NCBI GenBank assembly: GCA_010015585.1
Contig: ML975150.1
Length of the DNA: 64,000 nt
Source: Eremomyces bilateralis CBS 781.70
Taxonomy: Eukaryota
Reading direction: 5' to 3' (one strand)
Both the position numbers and the translations under genes were made by a program. Below are positions 11,923 through 23,865 of this stretch, piece after piece. Every line of letters begins with the position of its first letter. The stretch's first letter is position 1. The notes below the pieces were generated by a model. The model was given only the letters and a program-made list of their open reading frames with translations. It was not told where the DNA came from and searched no databases.

Positions 11923-12175
11923 GCGGGCACCCTATCACCCATTTTGGGCACCCCCCCCCACCCATTGTGGGCAGCCCCATCACCCGTTTTGGGCACCCGA
12001 CCACCCATTGTGGGCACCTACGACTACCCGCTTTAGGCAGACCCTATCCCCCGTTTTGGCTTAGCCGCTCGTTGCGGTGGGACAGAGCCACAGAGTGGTC
12101 GAGAGCCGTGTAAGCGGGAAAGTGTGCCCAAAAGTCGTGGTACGGGGTGCCCAAAATGGGTAATAGGGTGCCCGC
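11923..12175. mobile_element. MITE-like element A (~250 bp) with 32-bp terminal inverted repeats and internal (t/g)tgggcacc subrepeats
   Basis: Left arm gcgggcaccctatcacccattttgggcacccc; the reverse complement of the right arm is gcgggcaccctattacccattttgggcacccc (1 mismatch). No TSD seen. Confidence 0.75.
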
Positions 12176-12176
12176 G

Positions 12177-12297
12177 CCATAGGAATGTCGTCAAAATAAG
12201 TCACGTGCTCTATGACCGCTTCTAAATGGACCAATCAGAGCGCAGAAATTTGAAATCACGTGCAAAGGGTGTAGGATGAGCCTTTGGAGGGGTGTAG
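12177..12297 (+). repeat. 121-bp dispersed repeat, copy 1 (identical to 31942-32062); probable transposon terminus
   Basis: ccataggaatgtcgtcaaaataagtcacgtg...ggaggggtgtag matches copy 2 base for base. Confidence 0.95.
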
Positions 12298-12668
12298 GTG
12301 GATCATTTCCCCTAAACTGTCTCACATACAACGAAATTACACCCTACCAAGAGTACAATTAACCATTTTAGATAGAGCTCGAGGTGAATGCCCTAAAACC
12401 TTTCCCGTTTGACCCTTGATTAATTGATCTGTCGCCCTAAAGGGTACTCGTTCTCGATAATTTAATTTTACACCCGAAGCGCAAGGCTATAACCACCAAA
12501 TATAATAGAATCAAGATCAAGCTACTGAGGCGACAGTCAATTTTGTCGGCATTTTCTCGTTTAGAACTATTACAGCAATGGCGAACAATTGTAGACCTTT
12601 AAAACCACAGTCCCTCGCACATGATTTCGATTTAGAATTCTAGTACTCGCAGACTAACCTTCATCCAG

Positions 12669-13879
12669 ATGATGAAGTGGTATTTCTCGTTACTCCTGCT
12701 GCAAGCAGGCATAAACACTACGGTAGCAACTCCGCAGGGTGGTTACGCTGGATGTCCTCCGCAAAGTGGCAGTCAGCGACCTCCGTTATCTCGGCCTCGG
12801 AATTGCCCTGACTGGTCATCAGTGCCTCTAACCAAAGGCACTTTGAAAGACAACGACTGTTTAGTTGGGGGGATTATGGGTGTACGTTCAATGCTTCAGC
12901 AACCGCTAATCCACTACCGCTGAACTTAACCATGAAAAGGGCGACTTTTGGAATCCATGCTACGCACCGGATATGAGCTCTGCATTAGGATCACTCTCTG
13001 CATTAGGCAGATCCGAAGCGGATTGGAGTGGAGGGTCCGGAATATACAATGCCCAGTTCTTCACCGACCCTTCGCTCCCTAGGCATACCATCTATGCCCC
13101 GAAAGTCCCTGTTAAAGGGAAGAAACTTCCCCTGATTGTGTGGGGCAATGGTGCGTGCGGGACCGACGGCTCCGGATTCTCCAACTTCTTAACCGAGATT
13201 GCTTCCCATGGATTCATGGTCATTGCCAATGGAGCACCCAAGAAAAAATGGGGTGTCGGTACAGGCGGTGTCAACCTGGCTTCTACGCAAGGTGAAGAGA
13301 CAAGAGCAGTTCAGCTAACTGAAGCGATTGACTGGGCTGAAAAGGGAGCTGCTGGTGAGAAATATGGAGAGGTTGATATGACCCGAGTAGCGGCGGCAGG
13401 CCAGAGTTGTGGCGGCGTGGAGGCGTACTCCGCAAGTGTCTACGAGTCGCGTGTCAAGGTTATTGGGATATACAACACTGGTGTCATTGACCCAGGGCGG
13501 CGATGGATGCTCAAAGACATCAAACAGCCGATCGGGTATTTCTACGGTGGAACGGCTGACTTCTCGCAAGAATATGTGAGTATCTTGTCTCGTTCCATTC
13601 TGACAGCATCAGATAACTGACATCGCGTAGATCGAACAAGATTATAAGGATATCCGACCAGATCTTCCTGCCATGATGTCCGTCGCAAATTCAGGAGGAC
13701 ATTTTGGTACCTATTTCGAGAAACAAGGAGGCGCATATGGCAGGATATCCGTGGCTTGGTGGAAATGGCAGCTGCTTGGAGATGAAGCATCGAAGGCAAT
13801 GTTTTTGGATACGTCATCAGCACTGTATACTAGAGATGGGTGGAAGATAAATACTTCACACTGGAAAGATATAAAATAG
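12669..13879 (+). CDS. Secreted alpha/beta hydrolase (cutinase/chlorophyllase-like fold)
   Basis: Signal peptide MMKWYFSLLLLQAG; PLIVWGNGACG, EIASHGF and nucleophile elbow AGQSCGG; C-terminal GGHFGT. Introns 12882-12939 and ~13576-13630. Confidence 0.85.
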
Positions 13880-14295
13880 GCAATTACAGAACTGGAAATC
13901 CCTCAAACAATCGTCAGTCCTTACCGATCTGGCCCCCGAGTGTGTAATTTGACTTCGGGGCAATCTAATTCTTTCGTTGGCAGCCATTCATTTACTACTA
14001 AGGTACATCAAAATGCGAATACTCCTTCTCGGACAGGATTGGCAAGGAGACTTAGAATACGATGCTAAAGTGAGAGATAGTCTTCAAGATGGTTGGGATT
14101 ATGACCGCGAGAATATCTCGCTCATAGAGGCGCTGGAAGATTTCTTCTTTCTCCTCTCCCCTCTCTTTATGGTAGTTTAGATTCATGGAACTTGGTAATC
14201 GCAGACCTTGCGCATCCAGACAGTGTCAAGTTTACGGAAATCGAATTTATTTCTTTCCCAATCGTGTCAATAATGATGAAGTCCTTAAGCTAACT

Positions 14296-16957
14296 TTATT
14301 GCAGACTGATTGTACCGGCTTCGATCTGCCCATTCTCCCATTTCTCGATCAACTCGCCGCTCATGAGACCATGGACGTATGATTCACCAACAACTTTGTA
14401 GCCAGAATTCTCGTTCTTCCTACAGACTAGAGGCACATCTAACCCGAACAGAACAATTACTCGATCTCTTGTCTTGGCTTCCTTTGGAGCCAAACCAAAG
14501 TAACCTTCTTTTGTAATTAAAAAACTTCCTTCCTAGCGCATACTTCTCCATTCTTGGTTCTAGTGTTCCGGTCGGAACTGCGCTGACTGATTTCTTCAAT
14601 TCTTGATCCGTAATCTCTTGCATTTCCGGTGTGCTTAGCAGTTGGTGGTTCACACCATAGAAAATCTCCATCGGTTTTGAGTACTCTCTATTTTTCAGGA
14701 GCGCCAGACTATCCTCTTGTGCTCGCACCTCCCAATACGGATCGGGTATGGTGCTAGGTAAATTGAAGGGGAGGTGATATAGGTCATAAGGCTGCTCTTG
14801 CCAAAGTGATCCCAAGTCGTTGAATTGTTTCTTGTGTAAATCCACGTCTTCCGCAGTCCATTCTTTAGGGAGTAGATTCTGGTGCATCTCAACACCTGGC
14901 ATATCCGACTGGATTTCTATATCAGACCCAAGTTTGGACCGAATGTATTCCGTCAGCGCTATGCTGCTCCTACGGCTGAAATCTGCCACTGCTAGTCGAC
15001 CAGTCGAAGTCACAGTCACTCGTGGTTCTGTGGGCAGCCAATGCTCGGGCACTTCGGGTAGCCAGTGCTCGAATCGCATGAGAGGTCTCATATCCTCCAT
15101 CTTCCCAAAATCACCTCGCCGCTCGGTTTGCCCAGCAAACATAGTTAACCAGAATGCTTCACACTTTCCATCAGGAGAGTAGTAAGGATTTTTAGTTGCC
15201 GGATTCTTGAGCGCCATTTCCTTACACCTTCCAACACTGACCATGAATCGGGTGGCATCTTGCCAATCAGCATCGACACTGGCTGGGAAGACATCACAAA
15301 CTTCATCAATGATATCCCATAGGAATCCCTGCGCTGCAAGCGTTCTTGAGTCAAGGTTTTGGACCAGTGGCTTAGTTTGCGCTGCTGCCATGAACGACTG
15401 CTCCGCTGGTGACAAAGCGTCCAATACAGCCAGGTTCTCCCGTCTTTGGGTTGCTCGTTCTCCTAATCTTAAGATCGCTGAAGCAACACCTTCCTCTCCT
15501 TGCTTTGATGCATCCTTATCTTCATATTCCCGGAAACGCTTTCCATACAAGTCTTCGCTGGCATCAAAACACAGAAGTGATTTAGAAGCAATTAACTTTT
15601 TCGCAAGATCCTGCGCCTCTGGTCCTAACCCTTCCATTGCTTTCGGCAGTCTATCATTTGACCCTACCATACGAATACCACCAGATGCAAGTCTGAGTTC
15701 CTTGAATCGGCGGATTTCTTCGCTCTCTCTTTCTTGATCGTTTCCGAAAAAGCCCGGGACTCGCAGCTGCCGAATGCCGCGCATCTCCATATTCTTGTCT
15801 TTATCATCAGGGTCTTTGAACGACTGAGTCCACCATGGTGCATTTGGTCTGAAAGTGGAGCATTTGCTTGGTAAGGGCAAAGCCGAAGAGGAGAACGACC
15901 AATCTGGAACCCACAAAGGCAGCCCTTTAATCAAGTGGCCATGGCATTGGCGAAGAATGCTTAACTTAGAACCGCCCTGGAGCATGTATAAGGCGAAGGA
16001 AGTAAAAACATCTTCTACAGTGGCGGTATAAGTAGGCGATATTTCTGTGAATTGTCGGCCGGCCTCCCTAAAGAGCATCCCTAGCAGGGCGTATATCTTA
16101 TCTCGCGGATCAGTGGATCGAAATCCTCGAAAGCGAGAAACAAGTTCCAGGATTGCCTCCCGGCTAGCGGCCCCGGCGGCAGCGGTGACCCGACTCCCGG
16201 CTTGATCACGAAGGCTTTCTAGAACCAGGATGTTATCGATCGCGGGAAAATATTGTCTCATATCATCCTTGTGTGACTGCATCCGTACCGCAGCGATTGT
16301 TACATGCAGCCATGGAATATTCATGCTCCCGCACCACACTCTAGCTTCCCCCAATTTGCGCCCCGCTGCACCAAAAAGAACTTCTTGTAAGATCCATACT
16401 CTTGACCACCATGGACGACTCAAGAGGAGTTCTAGCGCTTTCAAAGTCCTCCCGCTGAGAATAGGCATTTTATCGTACGGCGAGCCCGAACCTAAGTTCC
16501 ATAATTCATCCATTGCCATATCACTATCGTCTTGCTCAGGTCCCAGCCAAATGTTGAGTAGAGGTGACGCGGCATAGATCATTCCCATCATAGGTATTTG
16601 TCGTTCTTTTTCCTTCAAGTTTGCTTGATTAATACAGATCGCGTCTACCCAGAGCGTAATGTTGTTTTTCGAGTCTCGACGACGACGTAGGAATGCTGCT
16701 AGATTTGGTGTAACCAGGCGGCGAAACCCATTGACCCGAATCCCTTCTGTCCCAACTAGACTATCCCAGGTGTATGAGACGCTTTCCCAGATACGAGAAA
16801 AAAGGTCGGGAGCTAGTGGGCAGCACTCCAGCTTGCATTCGATCCTGCCCGTTTGATCTGTAGCCGGTTCTAACACTAACATCCGAATTTCGAACGGGTT
16901 CAACGGCAGAGTTTCATATAAGTCGCCTTCGTTCCTGTGTTCTTGGTGTTGGTCCAT
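14296..16957 (-). pseudogene. HET-domain (het-6-type) heterokaryon incompatibility protein, frameshifted near the 3' end
   Basis: HET motifs SVSYTW, LWVDAICINQ, MGMIYA, RPWWSRVWILQE, DPRDKIYALLG and LWVPDWS. The C-terminal het-6-type segment GYFGLAP...VLFGLDVPLV...VVGESYVHGLMSGE is in another frame after a 6-nt homopolymer at 14519-14524. Could be an intact gene with a sequencing error. Confidence 0.8.
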
Positions 16958-18189
16958 ATCTAAGGCAGCAAACCGAGTGGTCGGTCGTGTTGTCAGAGCG
17001 GACGTCAACAGTGTGGAATTTCTGAGATATCGAAGGACAAGCCTAATAGTGGGATCAATGTGATGGACGGTTTAATTTGTCTTGGGAGGCAGCAGGGTGA
17101 TTTTGAATTGCAAGGTGGGGTGTCAGGTAAAGCGTTTGCTGTGGGACTCATACCTTTATACTTCAACGACCGGTCAACGGCAACCTACCTACTGCAAGGT
17201 TGAGCTGTTCGGACGAATGACAAGAGTGTAAGGTCACGAGACTGTTGTGGGCGTAGAGTGAGATGGTCACGAGTAGTAGACGAGTAATAGACGAGCCAAG
17301 TACGGAATAATCGAAACTCTTGCAAAATTTGTATGGACGCCAGATGATGAGATTTGGGAAAAATAACGAGATGGCGAATAACATCATACGGGGAAATTGG
17401 GTGGGATCCAGAAGTTGATGCAATATAGATAAAGGGTTGTTAAGCAGTCCTATGGCCATTAAATATCATATTTCTAACTGTTCATTCTGTAACTAGAGTT
17501 ATAAAACTGTTTATCGCGTTATGAAGCAGAGGATCAATCTCCAGATCTGCCTCCATGCGAGTAAAGCGCTGGCGAGGTCGCGCCCATCAGCGTGAACCCT
17601 CCCTATACCAGAATTCAGCCTCTGTACAGCCATCGCCTATCGAGAAAACGATTGAAGAACGAATATCCATACTTGCAACGACACCAGAGAAAGAGTTATG
17701 CTCGGTACTGCAAGAGCTGGTCAAGGCCTGTCTGATACGAAAGAACATCAAATACCAGCATGATCTTATCTTCCATGGTTTGTAGCGACTCCTGGGTGGT
17801 CGGCTCCCACGTATCAACCGGGTTCGGGCCCTTCGACGAATTGATATTCACCATGGGGATACTATTGTCTCTGCTAAGACTGGTTTTGGGAAGAGCATTA
17901 TCTTCCATGCTATCCCACTCTTTATTGGCAGAATTGTCATCCAGTTGATTCCTTTAAGCAAGCTTGAAGAGGAGCAGAAGAGATCAATTGAACAGTTACC
18001 GGAGGCCAGGGGGCACCATTGCCGCCTGAGTCCCAACTGAGATAAACACATATTATAATTACAAATTAGTATAACTATGTGCAGGGTTGGTGAAGAAGTG
18101 GATAGTTGAGACTTCGGTGGGGCGGACAAAAGGCATTCAGTTACCACTTCATGATGCCGATACCAGTCAGTTCTATGTGCTTTGCAACC

Positions 18190-19480
18190 TTAAATGAAAT
18201 AGATGTAGCAGAAAGGCCCGGCAAGAGTGTCCATTACGCTCCGAATCGGCATACTTGGTCCATCCACGCCCACATCGAGTATGTCATCAAGCACTGCATC
18301 GCGACTTGGTGGCATGTTGAACATCGTAATGGTACCTGCAATCGCGTCTAGCCGTGTTTTCCGGTTTAAGTTTTGCCAAATCCACCATAGACGGTCGAGT
18401 TGAGCGTGATGCAGGAAGAAGTATGGATCGCTATCACTTGGTTAGAATGTTGCCGCACATTGTTAGGGTATTCTTACGCAGTGCTGGAAAAGATATCGCC
18501 ACCAGGCTCACCATTGATAAGATAATGGCCGGCAGCGTGAACACCCAGGAAGTAATCGGGTCCAGGTATGAGATTTCCTTGCAACCGATCTTGAAACGTC
18601 GCAATAGTCGAGCTTTGTAATATAAGGCTGGCTACCCTCGATGCTGACAATCCTGCAGATGCTATGGAGTTCAAAAGTGATCGCCGAAGACATCTTGGAT
18701 TGTACCCTAGGCCGTCCGGTTGTGGGTTTGGCATAGCGTCGTCAAAGACCGGGTCCACGGGACCAAGATTGACTGTTATGTTTCGGAACGGACCGGACGT
18801 TACGCAGCCACCTCCACCCTCCTGCGGGACGACCTGGAAGGGGGTAGAGACTGAAGGAAGGTAGATAGCACTAAGATTCTTAAAGTCACCATCGCCGCCT
18901 ATGGAGGTGCTACTGCCGTCGAATAGAGGGGCAGCCTTTATGTTGCTCGCGTGCTTGGCCCAGTCGAAGTATGGAAGACTGCCAGTGTAGCCACATTCGT
19001 TTTGAAGTGCTTGCTCATATGACCATATGAAGTATCGATGCCAGGAGAGAAAGTTTCCCTGCAGAAAGTTAGCTATGCTATGCTTCACTAGATAGATACC
19101 TGGCCTACTGTGAAGTGAATTTGCGGAGTGTTAGCAATGTGGATCGCAACAAAGTCATCGTATCGGTTCCTTGCGCCAGGGGCGCCATTTTTCGAAGGTT
19201 TGTTGAACAAACAAAGCACGGAATCCAGATAGTGACGTTTCGCAGTGCTGGTTAGAGTATCCCATTCCATCCTCTTTGCGCTGTAGATAAATTTGCATGT
19301 ATTGACTGAGGACGCTGCTCTGGCGACCACGGACCCGCCCCCCGTGGAGTTAGCAGCTTCGTCTAAGAGGATGTTTTCTATGGCTTGTTCAGCGAGGTCA
19401 TCCATTGGCGTTGTATCATCTTGAGCCGAAGCGAACTGGATGCCCAGGAGGAAAAGGGGATATATAGAGAGTAGCCGCAT
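18190..19480 (-). CDS. Secreted tyrosinase / type-3 di-copper protein
   Basis: Signal peptide. CuA region YDDFVAIH...QIHFT|GNFLSWHRYF; PYFDW; GGGCVTSGPF; NPRCLRR. CuB region GVHAAGH...DPYFFLHHAQLDRLWWIWQ; C-terminal FCYIY. Two introns. Confidence 0.92.
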
Positions 19481-20080
19481 CGTAAAACAAAGTGAACGAA
19501 AGTAAAAGAAAATACTGATCTTCAAAGAGAATGTCGGACAATAACGCAATAACTTTTCATGGGTAACTAATCTTTTATAAGGAAGTGGATTTAGAGCCAG
19601 GATGCTCGCATCATACCATGTTTAGCCCACATGGCTCAGCTAATTTCGTTGTATCATTGGCAGTCACTAGAGATGTTTTGCAACTACTTGTGCAAGGAAT
19701 TAGCGCTGTGCAAGACCTATAAATCAACATCACAACATCCTAAAACAGTTTGGGGTGCAATTCTTCATCTCCACAGCTCGCTTATCACAAACAGAGACGA
19801 AAGGGAGTGGGGCCGAGGGAGGAGTTGATAGCAAGGATTCTACTCCTAACTAAGATTGACAGTCGCATCTCTAATACAACTCCATGGGTGTGGCGCCCAA
19901 CCTGCGTAAACCTGACTGATGCTACAAGTTGCTCGAGCTGCCTCCTGCACTGGTTTTCCATGTGTCCTCAGCCTGGTCAAATCTAATTGTAAATTTGCGG
20001 GTTATCTCCTATGTAGCAGACTTATCTCACAATATCAGACCGTGCACAGAAAGGTGGCTTACGCACGTAGACTTAAGCCC

Positions 20081-20319
20081 CCTCCCGGGGAGACGAAATT
20101 GAGTTACCTTTCTTGGGATTCCCCTATGCACAGTTCCCACGATCTTAACCAGAACGCGGCGGAAAATTCACTAAAACAGACCTCTAGTAGTTGCTTAATT
20201 AGGAAAAGAGTATACTTTTTGGTATTATGCTGTTTTTGAGCGAATTGGGCCTGCCTGTGATGGTGGTGATGGTTGGGGGAATGCCAAGAGACGTAACACA
20301 ATTTCGTCCCCCCCGGAGG
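20081..20319. mobile_element. MITE-like element C (~240 bp) with ~44-bp imperfect terminal inverted repeats
   Basis: cctcccggggagacgaaattgagttacctttcttgggattcccc (20081-20124) matches the reverse complement of 20276-20319 (cctccgggggggacgaaattgtgttacgtctcttggcattcccc). Confidence 0.7.
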
Positions 20320-20690
20320 CCCCTCTAACTGGTGCAACTTCTGTGAATTGCGTGGGTAAAAAAAAACAGAAAATTCAAATCGAAAGAGAATCTCTAGACG
20401 GCCGCACGAGGTACGGTATTTCGGGACTAAACTATTGTTCTTATGGACAATGATTACTAATATATGTCGATTAGGTGATTGCTACCGTTGGGAATCGGAA
20501 GTTATAACATTTTGAAAATCGACATACAATGATGCAAAACTTCCATTCAGATACTAAGAGAGCAAACCGGGCTACGACAACAGGAAGTATGGCCCGAAAG
20601 AAGCGATGGGGTGGTTCTAGGTGTTAAAGACAGCTGGATGGGCCATTATCTTCCCATTCTACTCCCAATCCAGAGGTTCCTGCTTCATAA

Positions 20691-21071
20691 TTGGAGTTCC
20701 TGGACCTGATCAAGCTCGCGAGCGTGCCAGCCGACCAGCTTCCGTCTACAGTTCGGCAGCTTGTTAGAAAGTGTTCTGGCGGGGCCTCTGAACCTAACAT
20801 AGAGCAGCTGAATACCCTCCTAGCCCTTCAAGGAGAGATCATTGAGCGTTTGCTTGCTCGTCTCCTTGAGAGCCGATTCCCGGATGCGGATCCTCCCCCA
20901 GTACCAAAGCCTCTACAGGTCGATGTACTCCGTCGACTTGCATTCGCAAAGAAGGATACGATTCTAGTCGTGAAGCCTGGCTTTGGAAAGAGTCCGATCT
21001 TCCAGGCGTCGGCTTTAACGACCGGGAGACTTTCAATCATCGTCGTTCCACTTCTTGGGTTAGCTGATTAG
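20691..21071 (+). pseudogene. RecQ-like (SF2) helicase N-terminal relic
   Basis: PKPLQ...KDTILVVKPGFGKSPIFQ (Q motif / motif I) and IIVVPLLGLAD* (motif Ia, with the expected Q codon appearing as TAG). No ATG and no downstream DExH motif. Confidence 0.65.
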
Positions 21072-21113
21072 ATATTCGACGACATCTCCTGTATTCATAG
21101 GAGCCAAATCTGC

Positions 21114-21420
21114 CACGGAGCAAGAGAGATGATACGAAACATGCTGTTCCATGAGGAGAAAGGAGGAAAGATGGCAACCGTGAAACGGGAAGTTAATAAG
21201 ACAAACATTGAGTACGTAATGTAGTCATGTGTTGGTGCTATGACAAAACCTATCGTGGTCTCAAAGGGGACCAAGAGTCTGTACGGCAGTATCATTAAGA
21301 TGATATGGCAGGGCAACTATACATACTGACATGGAGCAGGAGAGATGATGCCAAACATGTTATTCCATGAAGAGAAAGGAGGAAAGATGACAACCGTCAG
21401 GAAAGGGATCAATGGAGTAA
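21114..21420 (+). repeat. Diverged direct repeat with 216-bp period (copies start at 21114 and 21330)
   Basis: The two copies translate in one frame as HGAREMIRNMLFHEEKGGKMATVKR and HGAGEMMPNMLFHEEKGGKMTTVRK. Confidence 0.8.
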
Positions 21421-22578
21421 ATACACATCACGTGATGTGTCAAATGTTGATAGCTAAGCTGAGTGATGGTGTAAAAGACTTTGCCATGTACTATGGAGAG
21501 ACTATAGACGATCTGTAGTGTCCAAAATTAAGCTAGAATAGCTACCTTTGTTGATATTGCCGGAATCATGAATTTTACTCACGCATCTCTGCAAGTTGCA
21601 CTAGATGGTCCCAGATGTAGAACGAGCGTAGACGCCACCAGGGCCGCGTTTTATCCCGATTGGGGATAGCCCCGCCAGTGGCGGATTATGGATATCGAAA
21701 AAAGTATTCAAGCTATACTGGAAGAATGTGACGCTTCGAATAGCACCCTGGGATACCTATGTCCCTTAAAGTATAGAGTCGATCTCTATTGCGTACGGAT
21801 GTCTGGGAACTCGCTCAAACTTGGACACCTCCCCAAGCTTGGGTACTGTGGGTACTACCCCGCCCACGCTTGCGCACCCCATTCCCAAGTTTGGGTGCTA
21901 GTACGCCCACGCCTGCGCAGTGCGCCAGTGCCCACCCCCTCCCAAGCTAAGGCGCCTCATAAGTTTTGGCTCTTACGACCTCCTTACAAGGCATATTTAT
22001 GATTAATTAGATCTCGGGTGACAAATTTGCCGTTTATATCTTCTACTTGTTTCTGCATCCGACTTTATTTTGCGAACATATACAGCGTTCATGTCTTCAC
22101 AGAAAAGCTTAATTTTGATACCAGACGGATTCGCCAGTACGCCACTTCGTGGCGCCCTAATCTTGATTAGTCTCTAGCGCCACCCGTGGCTTCTGGCGGC
22201 CCGTCTGGCCGAGCGAGATAGTTTGCGGGCGCCGCCATCGCTGTTCGGACCGCATGCACTACGTACTGTAGTGCGCACTAGGCTAGGATCCTTCCCAGTT
22301 CCCACCCAAACAGAGATGCACCCGATCTAAGTTTTTGGTAAATTCATGAATACCCTAGGACGCTGGAGAAGCATTATTGTTCTATACGACCTGAAATTCC
22401 AGTTAGCAAGGAATATACGCGCAAACGGTCGTTTTCCTTTTTTCCTTTTATTTAAATTGCTGGCGTTGTGCCCCATCTTTCCTGTGAATCTTTGGGCCTT
22501 TTAAGATAGAGTATAGCGGCCTAGATTTTTGGCCCATCATTAGTGTATTTCTCTTTTGCGTCTACCTCGCAAGTCAAT

Positions 22579-23783
22579 ATGGCGGACTCTGGAATCCCGT
22601 TCACTTTACTCCCAGATGAGTCCAAGAGAGGACGTCTGTTGGCCACCGCGACTCCTCTTTTTGCTATCGCGTTACTTACGTATATTGGGCGTATGTACAC
22701 TCGATTACATCCGGTAGTGACCCTTCGATGGGACGATTTCGTCATGTCGCTATCGGTAGTAAGTCCAACTACTCCCATGATCAGACGGAGCATTATAGGC
22801 TCGTGCTAATATTTTGTAGGTTCTCACCATCATCCATTATGGTTTGATAGTTCATGCTACTAACCTTGGCGCTGGACGACATTTCTACTACCTGCAGCTG
22901 CCGCAACTGGACGCTGCGGGGTGCATCCTGTTTATCATGCAGATGATTTGGATATGGTGCATCACGTTTGTGAAGTTCTCTGTTGCTCTCATGTTATACC
23001 GTACCCGAGAGGACAGGCCGTGGCGACTCTGGCTGTCGGGGTTCATGGGCTTGCTTGTCGCTATAGGCATTGTAGTAAGTGCTCTACAACTGGGCCAGTG
23101 CAGGCCTATACGCGCCTTTTGGAATCCATTCGTACCAGGAGCAAAGTGCTGGTCCAAAACTTTTGCTACAAATGTGCTCCACGGTGCCTCTGGTAAGTCA
23201 AATCCCTCCCTATACGTTGAATGGCAATGATCAGGGTAACTAATAAGGAAGTGCAGCGTTCTTCCTGGCAACCGACCTCGTCTTATCGCTGTTACCCTTG
23301 ACATTTATTTTGAAGCTTCGCCGACCAAGACGTGACAAAATCGTCATTGGCTGCCTTATGGGCCTCGGTCTCATCGCCTCAGCAGCGTCCTTGGTCAAAA
23401 TACTTCGCACCAATATAATGGCCACATCCCAGGACCCGATATGGGACCTTCCCGACCTCGCACTATGGGCATGGATTGAGCTATATCTCGGCATAATGGC
23501 AGCCTGCATACCATGCCTGAAGGCACCCTTCGAAAAGTTGCTGAAGAAGACGGGCCTCCTTACCACGGGAGACAGGAGTCAGCAGAGCACAAGAACTGGT
23601 AACCAATCCAAGGGATATGTTTCTGTGGGCCCAATCGAAAGCGGTTTGGGCCGGGGGAAGGATACGGAATTGGGGACAATTGTAAAACAACACGAGGTGT
23701 ACATTGAAGAATACAGTCAAAAGGATGCGAACTATCCACCGAGGGGCGTGTACCGCCACAATGGCATGGACAGCAGATGGTAA
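22579..23783 (+). CDS. PTH11-like (fungal rhodopsin-domain) integral membrane protein without CFEM
   Basis: RMYTR...LRWDD, GAGRH, VKFSVALMLYR, QCRPIRAFW, TDLVLSLLP, IELYLGIMAACIPCLK; two introns (~22758-22819, ~23193-23248). Confidence 0.9.
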
Positions 23784-23865
23784 ATTCGCACCAAAACGTC
23801 AATTGGCTAAAACTTGCACGAATTTGTAGATTCTAAAGTATCTTCCAGCTGGAACTAAGTTAGGT

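Noticed and set aside
11923..12060. Short spaced gggcacc repeats superficially like a CRISPR array
   Set aside because: Eukaryotic context, irregular and very short spacers, no cas genes; explained as MITE subterminal repeats.
17555..18147. Cluster of short overlapping ORFs downstream of the tyrosinase
   Set aside because: No consistent frame or motif; cannot support a gene call.
22255..22286. Hairpin gcactac-gtact-gtagtgc followed by CTAG (Helitron 3' end-like)
   Set aside because: Spacing is atypical, it is not followed by T, and no Rep/PIF1 helicase or 5' TC end is identifiable.
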